DNA of 38,136 bases from Clostridia bacterium (GTDB lineage: Bacteria; Aerophobota; Aerophobia; Aerophobales; AE-B3A). The translations under genes and the position numbers were made by a program. Shown here in pieces: positions 1 through 6,650 of this stretch. The notes beneath the pieces are model-generated. The model did no database searches and had not been told where the DNA came from. It saw nothing but the letters and a program-made list of their open reading frames with translations. Numbering within the stretch: position 1 is the first letter of the stretch; the number at the start of each line of letters is the position of its first letter. The stretch spans positions 1-38,136 of the forward strand of contig DAOWIY010000003.1 in the NCBI GenBank assembly GCA_030640665.1. The letters run 5' to 3'.

Positions 1-772
1 AAACCCCCGGCCGCTGCACTTTAGCGTTAAAACAGATTCTCTCAGCCATTTCTAAGTCTGCCTCTTCGTCGACATAGGTATGGCAAATACCTTTATAGTG
101 CTTAATTACAGGGATAGTAGAATTTTCTGTAACTGCTCGAATCAAACTCTCTCCCCCGCGAGGAATAATTACATCAATATACTCATCCAATTTGAGCATT
201 TCCATCACTGCTTCTCTGTCAGTAGTTTTTATCAGTTGAATAGATCCTGAGGGCAGTCCTGCCTTTTGTATAGCTTCTCTTAAAAGGTCAGCCAAAATAA
301 TGTTAGAATAAATAGCTTCTGAGCCTCCTCGCAAGACAGTAGCGTTGCCCGCCTTCAGGCAAAGTCCAGCCGCATCCACAGTAACATTGGGCCGTGCCTC
401 ATAGATAATACCGATCACTCCTAAGGGAATAACTACCTTGCCAATTTGGAGTCCATTGGGTCTTTTTTGCATGCTCTCTATTTTTCCTATGGGGTCTTCC
501 ATCCTGGCTATCTCTTCCAGAGTATGCCGCATCCCAGTAATTCGTTTATCATTTAAAGTCAACCTGTCTATTAAGGCCTTTGACAATCCTTTCTCATTAG
601 CCAGAGCTACATCTTTACTGTTTTCTTCTTTTATTTTTTCTTTATTTATTTTGATGAGTTCAGTCATTCTTAATAGGGCCTCATCCTTTACTGTAGAAGA
701 TAGATTAGCTAGCTCTTGACTGGCAATTTTCGCTTCTTTAGCTATTTTTAGAATCTCTTCTTTAAGATTCAT
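1..772 (-). CDS. proA: gamma-glutamyl phosphate reductase, N-terminal part; the gene runs off the window start
   Basis: The reverse strand is open from ATG (complement of 770-772) to the window edge. My translation is MNLKEEILKIAKEAKIASQELANLS...LIDRLTLNDKRI...RPNGLQIGKVVIPLGVIGIIYEARPNVTVDAAGLCLKAGNATVLRGG..., which is ProA-like. It is absent from the ORF track because no stop lies inside the window. Confidence 0.85.
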   Translation of the reverse strand, partial: MNLKEEILKIAKEAKIASQELANLSSTVKDEALLRMTELIKINKEKIKEENSKDVALANEKGLSKALIDRLTLNDKRITGMRHTLEEIARMEDPIGKIESMQKRPNGLQIGKVVIPLGVIGIIYEARPNVTVDAAGLCLKAGNATVLRGGSEAIYSNIILADLLREAIQKAGLPSGSIQLIKTTDREAVMEMLKLDEYIDVIIPRGGESLIRAVTENSTIPVIKHYKGICHTYVDEEADLEMAERICFNAKVQRPGV

Positions 773-876
773 TTTTTCACCTTTTAATTAAACTGGTTTT
801 ATTCTATTTCACAGGTTGGCAAAAGTCAAGAGAGAAGCGTTAAGAGAACCTCTGAAAAAAGAGATTTACCCGTTAC

Positions 877-904
877 TTGACAATCCGAATTTTAATAATA
901 TAGT
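877..904 (+). promoter_or_regulatory. candidate sigma70-type promoter for the inositol cluster
   Basis: TTGACA at 877-882, a 16 nt spacer, then TATAGT at 899-904. An alternative perfect TATAAT at 983-988 has a poorer -35. It lies in the divergent gap between proA and ino1. Confidence 0.35.
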
Positions 905-1144
905 TACATTAATGTTACATTAGTATCATGGTCATAATATCTAGAGTAACATATATCGCTATTGAAGATTGAAAGGTTAGGTTATAATATGGTAAGAAAA
1001 GGGGAAATTTTTAGAAAACAAACTTGCCCTTACGATAAACCCCCACCTTTTATTTTATTCTCGAAATTCAAAAAAGGAACTCTCCCCTAGTTGCGGGTAA
1101 ACTCATAGTCCCAGATAAGTCAAAAATTTTCATTGGAGGTAAGA

Positions 1145-2233
1145 ATGAGTGAAATACGAATTGCTATTGTCGGAGTAGGAAATTGTGCCAGTTCTCTGAT
1201 TCAAGGTATAGAATACTACAAAGACAAAAAAGAAGTGATTGGATTGATGCACTCTGAGATCGACGGTTACAAATTGAGTGACGTCAAAGCAGTGGCTGCA
1301 TTTGATATTGACCGAAGAAAAGTAGGTCGGGATTTAAGCGAGGCTATTTTTGCTAAGCCAAATTGTACAATGGTATTCTGTCCAGATGTTCCTCACTGTG
1401 GGGTAACGGTGAAAATGGGCCAGGTGTTAGATGGAGTGGCTGGACATATGAAAGAATATTCAGAAGAGAGAGCCTTTCGTCAAGCAGAGGAGGCTCCTAG
1501 TGAAGTTGTCGAGGAATTAAAGAAAAGCGGAGCCGAGATTTTGGTCAACTATCTGCCGGTAGGTTCAGAGGAAGGAAGCAGGTTTTATGCTCAAGCAGCC
1601 CTGGATGCAGGAGTAGCTTTTGTAAACTGCATACCTGCATTCATCGTCTCTGATAAGAAATGGGCAAGAAAATTTGAGGAGAGAGGACTTCCTATTGTAG
1701 GTGACGATATAAAAGCGCAGTTGGGCGCTACCATTACTCACCGTGTTCTGGCAAAATTATTTGCTGACCGAGGAGTAAAATTAGATCGTACCTATCAGCT
1801 TAATACAGGGGGAAATACCGATTTCTTAAATATGGTTGCCAGAGAAAGGCTTTCTTCCAAAAAGACTTCTAAAACAGAAGCCGTGCAGTCTCAATTGAAT
1901 GAACCACTTCCCCCTGAAAATATTCACATCGGACCCAGTGACTATGTTCCCTGGCAAAATGACAACAAGATCTGTTTTATCCGAATGGAGGGAAGAAAAT
2001 TTGGCGATGCACCTCTTGATCTTGAACTGCGGCTCAGTGTCCAGGATTCACCTAACAGTGCTGGTGTAGCTATAGACGCTATCAGATGCTGTAAGGTTGC
2101 CTTAGATAGAGGTACGAGCGGAGCACTAACTTCTATCTCTGCCTATACTATGAAACATCCTCCCATTCAATATTCAGACTCAGAAGCAAAGAAAATGGTA
2201 GAGGACTTCATTTCTGGAAAAATTGAAAGATGA
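1145..2233 (+). CDS. ino1: myo-inositol-1-phosphate synthase (archaeal/bacterial short type)
   Basis: ORF track 1133..2233. I prefer ATG 1145, preceded by GGAGGT at 1135-1140. It has an N-terminal Rossmann segment IRIAIVGVGNCASSLIQG and about 362 aa. Its stop overlaps the next start as ATGA. Confidence 0.85.
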   Translation: MSEIRIAIVGVGNCASSLIQGIEYYKDKKEVIGLMHSEIDGYKLSDVKAVAAFDIDRRKVGRDLSEAIFAKPNCTMVFCPDVPHCGVTVKMGQVLDGVAGHMKEYSEERAFRQAEEAPSEVVEELKKSGAEILVNYLPVGSEEGSRFYAQAALDAGVAFVNCIPAFIVSDKKWARKFEERGLPIVGDDIKAQLGATITHRVLAKLFADRGVKLDRTYQLNTGGNTDFLNMVARERLSSKKTSKTEAVQSQLNEPLPPENIHIGPSDYVPWQNDNKICFIRMEGRKFGDAPLDLELRLSVQDSPNSAGVAIDAIRCCKVALDRGTSGALTSISAYTMKHPPIQYSDSEAKKMVEDFISGKIER

Positions 2234-2925
2234 AAGCGGTAATTTTAGCCGCCGGCAAGGGAACAAGAACAAAACTAGCCATTCCCAAGCCTTTAATTAA
2301 AATAGCCGGCTCTTCGCTTCTGGAAAGAACAATTCTTACCTTTACCAGTCTGGGTATAAGAGAAATTGTCATCGTGGTGGGATATGAGGCGGAAAAGGTT
2401 AAAAATCATCTCAAAAACAAAGAATTTACTCAAAATTGTCAGATTACCTGGGTGGAAAATCTTCAATTTTATCGGGGCAATGGGGTTTCTATTCTTTGTG
2501 CCGAGGATTACCTCAAAGAGCGCTTTCTTCTGAGTATGGTTGATCACATCTATGAGGCGAAACTTTTCTTGGGTCTTTTATCCTGCCAGGGCGACCTTGT
2601 CTGTGTGGTGGATTCTCGCCCGAGGTTCGCTGATCCCAAAGATGCTACCAGGGTTCTTATTAAAGATGGTAGAATTAAAGGAATAGGTAAGGGTCTAGCT
2701 CCATATAATGCCCTTGATTGCGGACTGTTCCTCTGTTCAAGAAAGATTTTTCCTGTATTGAGGGAGACAGTAGAAGAAGGTAAAGAGGAATGGGATGATG
2801 CTAAGAAGAGATTTGCCAAAAGATTCTCTGCTAAAGTTTTTGACATATGTGGTGGATTCTGGTTAGATGTGGACACCCACCAGGACATAGCCAAAGCAAG
2901 AAGGCTTTTGAAAAAAAGGGAATAA
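2230..2925 (+). CDS. sugar-phosphate nucleotidyltransferase, probably CTP:inositol-1-phosphate cytidylyltransferase (IPCT)
   Basis: 231 aa with the AVILAAGKGTR...PKPL signature. Blocks GNGVSIL, RFLLSMVDHIY, SRPRFADPKDATRVLIKDGRIKGIGK and FWLDVDTHQD resemble, from memory, the IPCT domain of archaeal IPCT/DIPPS. It is translationally coupled to ino1. Confidence 0.65.
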   Translation: MKAVILAAGKGTRTKLAIPKPLIKIAGSSLLERTILTFTSLGIREIVIVVGYEAEKVKNHLKNKEFTQNCQITWVENLQFYRGNGVSILCAEDYLKERFLLSMVDHIYEAKLFLGLLSCQGDLVCVVDSRPRFADPKDATRVLIKDGRIKGIGKGLAPYNALDCGLFLCSRKIFPVLRETVEEGKEEWDDAKKRFAKRFSAKVFDICGGFWLDVDTHQDIAKARRLLKKRE

Positions 2926-2932
2926 AGAGAAG

Positions 2933-4339
2933 ATGAGGGCAATAATTATTGGTGCGGGGCCGGTTTCTAAACCTAAGAAATCACAGTCAAGGACTTTTCT
3001 CAAACTCTGCGGCCTTCCCTTGTTAAAGAGAACTCTATATCTTCTAAGGACAGTGGAGATAAGAGAGGTCATTGTTCTCCTTAAGGAGAACAATGACCAG
3101 ATAAAAAGGGAAATAAAAAATCTCAAAGATCTGGGGATGAGGTTGAAGTTTGTGGAAAAAGAGAAGTGGAGCCGGGCAATCTCTTCTCTCCAAAAAGAGA
3201 TGAAAGATGATTTCTTCTTGCTCATTGATAGCCATTGTGTCTTTGAGCTCAACCTCCTTAGAGTTCTCTTGCAATGCAAAAAAACCACCCTTTGCTGCGA
3301 CAGCCAACCAGAAGGCAGTTGCCTTACTCACTCTCCTAAAGTTTTCTCTAGAGATGGAAAAGTCGAGCGCATAGGCAATGATTTAGATAACTGGAACAAA
3401 GTTTATACCGGAATGGGGGTTTGCCGCAAGAGGGTTCTACTTAAATTAAGAGATAAGTTGCTGGAGGAAGAGAATCAGAACTCCGGAAAAAAGAATCAAC
3501 TCCCTGGACCCAGAAATACAGAGAAAGCTGAATGGTTTACCCTTTTCAATGATCTACCCAGGCGCACTCAGGCTGACTGTCTGGATATCTCTCAAACCGC
3601 CTCTTATGATTTGGAACTGCGTAGAGTTGTCAAACCTTTCTGGTACCGTATAGCCTCAGAAGAGGATCTAAAAGTAGCCAAGAAAAAGCTTATCGGAGAA
3701 ACCCAGAAAAGAACTCTTGATGTTATGGCCTGGTACGTTCACCGTCCTATAGAGAATAAGATTACCTGGTATCTTTCTGAGCTACCTCTCACTCCTAATC
3801 AAATAACCATACTTACCAATGCGCTTGCCTTTTTCATAACCTTTCTTTTCTTAAAAGGCTATCTTCTGGCTGCTTCCCTTCTTACCTTCCTCGTAAATAT
3901 TATGGATGGACTGGATGGTAAACAGGCACGAGCCAAGGGTATGTTTACCAAGGTGGGAAATCTTGAGCATTCCTTAGACACTCTTTATGAAGTGTCCTGG
4001 TATATAGCCTTTTCCTGGGCCATTTTCATGCTTACCAAATCTTTCTTACCTCTCAAGCTCTGCCTGATAATGATTCTTTTTGATGCCTTTAACCGACACT
4101 GCTCCATGCAATTTCGAGCCGTTATGAAGACTCCCCTGGCAGATTATGCTCCTTTTGACCGGGCTTTTAGACGCTTTGACGGAAGAAGAAATATCTACAC
4201 TATCTACATCTTTATCGGTGTGATTCTTGGCCTACCCGTATATTCCCTATTTGCCATGATGGTTCATGCCATCCTCACTGGTGTAGTCTACTTTATAAGA
4301 GCTGCCAAGCATATGCATGCCGCCGATATAGGCCGATGA
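2933..4339 (+). CDS. fusion of a degenerate IPCT-like domain and a CDP-alcohol phosphotransferase membrane domain (DIPP-synthase-like)
   Basis: 468 aa. The N-terminal half starts AIIIGAGP but lacks the GxGTR signature. The C-terminal half is hydrophobic and carries DGLDGKQAR-x8-G (residues 325-342) of the CDP-OH_P_transf family. Confidence 0.65.
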   Translation: MRAIIIGAGPVSKPKKSQSRTFLKLCGLPLLKRTLYLLRTVEIREVIVLLKENNDQIKREIKNLKDLGMRLKFVEKEKWSRAISSLQKEMKDDFFLLIDSHCVFELNLLRVLLQCKKTTLCCDSQPEGSCLTHSPKVFSRDGKVERIGNDLDNWNKVYTGMGVCRKRVLLKLRDKLLEEENQNSGKKNQLPGPRNTEKAEWFTLFNDLPRRTQADCLDISQTASYDLELRRVVKPFWYRIASEEDLKVAKKKLIGETQKRTLDVMAWYVHRPIENKITWYLSELPLTPNQITILTNALAFFITFLFLKGYLLAASLLTFLVNIMDGLDGKQARAKGMFTKVGNLEHSLDTLYEVSWYIAFSWAIFMLTKSFLPLKLCLIMILFDAFNRHCSMQFRAVMKTPLADYAPFDRAFRRFDGRRNIYTIYIFIGVILGLPVYSLFAMMVHAILTGVVYFIRAAKHMHAADIGR

Positions 4340-4388
4340 ACGCGCCGTGCTTGCATTTGTTTTTGGATATGATATACTAGAGCGGTTA

Positions 4389-4601
4389 AATTCGTATCCC
4401 GATGCTCGTTGTTCGTGATGTGTCTTGCGTGTTCCAAATATCGTTAATTTCGTTAGGTGAAGATAAAAGAATTTGAGGAGTTACCAACGAAAATAACGAA
4501 ACCAGCGAACCAAACGAAAAGAGGGGGAGAGAGAAAAAGCACGATGTGCTTTTTCAGGTGAGGGGGCACTAGATACGAGATGCGAACAACGAGATACGAA
4601 T
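4389..4601. repeat. intergenic inverted heptamer-repeat cassette E1 (nested arms)
   Basis: The 5' arm AATTCGTATCCCGATGCTCGTTGTTCGTGATG pairs with the 3' arm AGATACGAGATGCGAACAACGAGATACGAAT. Inner arms are 4441-4457 and 4483-4499. It ends 4 nt before the SD of hflK. Confidence 0.8.
4534..4554 (+). terminator. A-run/hairpin/T-run, intrinsic-terminator-like (potentially bidirectional)
   Basis: AAAAAGCAC-GAT-GTGCTTTTT forms a 9 bp stem with a 3 nt loop, and the T-run is part of the stem. It lies between the inositol cluster and hflK. Confidence 0.4.
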
Positions 4602-4617
4602 CAAAAAGGAGGTAAAA

Positions 4618-5586
4618 ATGGCTTATGAAGAGGGAAAAGGAGTTAATTTTCCCGAGTCCATACCCGGGAAGTGGATTGGCTGGGGAGTTGTAGGAATCAT
4701 CCTCATAATCATTCTGGTCTCTATTTTTTACTCAATTGGGCCCGAAGAAGTGGGGGTGATTAAAAGATGGGGTAGATATGTGCGATCTACAGAGCCTGGC
4801 CTACACGTTAAATTGCCTTTTGTGGAGTCAATAACCAAAGTTAAAGTAAAGCATATTTTCAAGGAGGAATTTGGTTTCAGGACTTTACAGGCGGGAGTGA
4901 AGACTATCTATGCTCCGGGTGGCTTTGAGGAAGAGAATTTGATGTTAACCGGCGATCTAAATGTGGCTGTGGTAGAATGGATCGTTCAGTATAAGATTGA
5001 AAACCCTATTGATTATCTTTTTGAAGTGAAGGATGTAGAGGATACGATTCGAGATATTTCTGAGTCAGCTATGCGCCAGATAGTGGGAGACAGAAGTGTA
5101 GATGAGGTCTTGACAGTGGGACGAATAGAGGTTGGGCTGGAGATGCAGGAAAAACTTCAGCAAATTCTAGATACCTACCGAACAGGAGTCCAGATAACCA
5201 CGGTTAAACTGAAGGATGTTAATCCGCCTAATGCAGTGAAGTCTTCCTTTAATGAGGTTAATGTGGCAAAACAGGATAAGGAGACAACTATTAATCAAGC
5301 CGAGCAGGAGTATAATAGGGTTATTCCCAGAGCAAAAGGAGAAGCAGAAAAAACGATTAGCCAGGCGGAAGGATATGCAGTGAATAGAATTAATCGAGCC
5401 CGAGGAGATGCTACTAAGTTTCTTGCTGTCTGGAAAGAGTATAATAAAGCCAGGGATGTAACCAGAAGAAGACTTTATCTCGAGACTCTGGAGGAAATTC
5501 TGCCTAAAATAGGGACAAAATATATCATCGATTCAGAGCAGAAAGGGATATTACCTCTTTTGTCTTTGAGCGAAGGAGGTAAGTGA
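4618..5586 (+). CDS. hflK: SPFH/band-7 protease modulator HflK
   Basis: 322 aa with an N-terminal TM segment, then an SPFH domain (VGVIKRWGRYV...PGLHVKLPF) and a coiled C-terminus. It is followed by an overlapping paralog. Confidence 0.85.
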   Translation: MAYEEGKGVNFPESIPGKWIGWGVVGIILIIILVSIFYSIGPEEVGVIKRWGRYVRSTEPGLHVKLPFVESITKVKVKHIFKEEFGFRTLQAGVKTIYAPGGFEEENLMLTGDLNVAVVEWIVQYKIENPIDYLFEVKDVEDTIRDISESAMRQIVGDRSVDEVLTVGRIEVGLEMQEKLQQILDTYRTGVQITTVKLKDVNPPNAVKSSFNEVNVAKQDKETTINQAEQEYNRVIPRAKGEAEKTISQAEGYAVNRINRARGDATKFLAVWKEYNKARDVTRRRLYLETLEEILPKIGTKYIIDSEQKGILPLLSLSEGGK

Positions 5587-6524
5587 TGAAGATAGAGCGA
5601 TTGATTCCCATAATAGTAGTGATTATTTTAGGCTTGATTATTTTGGGAGGAACCTTATATACGGTAGATCAAACCGAGCAGGTGGTCATTACTCAGTTCG
5701 GTGAACCTATAGGTGAGCCTATTACTGAACCTGGTCTACACTTTAAAACACCTTTTATCCAAAAGATAAACTCTTTCGAAAAACGCTTCTTAGCCTGGGA
5801 TGGGCTTCCTACACAGGTTCCTACCAAGGATAAAAGATACATCTGGGTTGATACCACGGCCCGATGGAGAATTGTTGACCCTCTCAAGTTTCTGCAAACA
5901 GTAGGAACTGAGAGAACAGCTCTAGGCAGGCTCGATGATATCATTGATTCTGCTACCAGAAATCAGATTACCAGTCACATTCTCTATGAGTTAGTGAGAG
6001 ACTCAGAGAGGGAATTTGCCGAGACGGAATTAAGCATACAAGTTGAGGAGACTATAGGTAAGGTGGAGTATGGTCGGGAGAAGATAAGCCGAGCCATCCT
6101 GAAAGAAGCATCTGAGGGTGTTCCTCGATTCGGGATAGAACTAATCGATGTCAGGATTAAGAGGCTCAATTATGTGGAGCAGGTAAGGCAAGGAGTTTAT
6201 GCTCGAATGATTGCCGAGAGAAAAAGGGTAGCTGAGCAATATCGCTCTGAAGGTCAGGGGGGAAAGGCCGAAATTGAGGGAAGGAAAGAAAAAGAGCTGC
6301 AAAGGATCACTTCTGAGGCTTATAAAAAGGCACAGGAAATTAAGGGAGAGGCTGATGCACAAGCGACCGGGATATATGCCGGGGCCTATAATAAAGATCC
6401 CGAGTTTTACTCATTCTTAAAGACATTAGAGACATATAAGGAAACTCTGGATGAGGATACATGGCTGATTTTAACCTCGGATAGTGACTTTTATAAGTAT
6501 CTAAAGAGTCTCTCTCCTCGGTAA
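5586..6524 (+). CDS. hflC: SPFH/band-7 protease modulator HflC
   Basis: ORF track start is 5583 (GTG). ATG 5586 has better spacing from GGAGG. It has a TM segment plus an SPFH domain (VVITQFGEPIGEPITEPGLHFKTPF). Confidence 0.85.
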   Translation: MKIERLIPIIVVIILGLIILGGTLYTVDQTEQVVITQFGEPIGEPITEPGLHFKTPFIQKINSFEKRFLAWDGLPTQVPTKDKRYIWVDTTARWRIVDPLKFLQTVGTERTALGRLDDIIDSATRNQITSHILYELVRDSEREFAETELSIQVEETIGKVEYGREKISRAILKEASEGVPRFGIELIDVRIKRLNYVEQVRQGVYARMIAERKRVAEQYRSEGQGGKAEIEGRKEKELQRITSEAYKKAQEIKGEADAQATGIYAGAYNKDPEFYSFLKTLETYKETLDEDTWLILTSDSDFYKYLKSLSPR

Positions 6525-6534
6525 ATTATCACGA

Positions 6535-6562
6535 TTGACATAAAAAAAAAGTTATTTATAAT
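6535..6562 (+). promoter_or_regulatory. near-consensus sigma70-type promoter upstream of ppdK
   Basis: TTGACA at 6535-6540, a 16 nt A/T-rich spacer, then TATAAT at 6557-6562. Confidence 0.55.
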
Positions 6563-6650
6563 AAGGAAGAAAATTATTAAGGAGAAATAACAAAAAGTAA
6601 AGAAATAGCAGAAAAATAAAGAAGTTAGGTAAAGGAGTAAAAAAGAAAAA

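Noticed and set aside
4457-4561. Small ORFs inside cassettes (34 aa at 4457-4561 from GTG; 20 aa at 31313-31375 from TTG)
   Set aside because: They have no properly spaced SD, start at non-ATG codons, and give Lys-rich, low-complexity products that follow from A-rich spacer composition. There is no similarity between the cassette ORFs.
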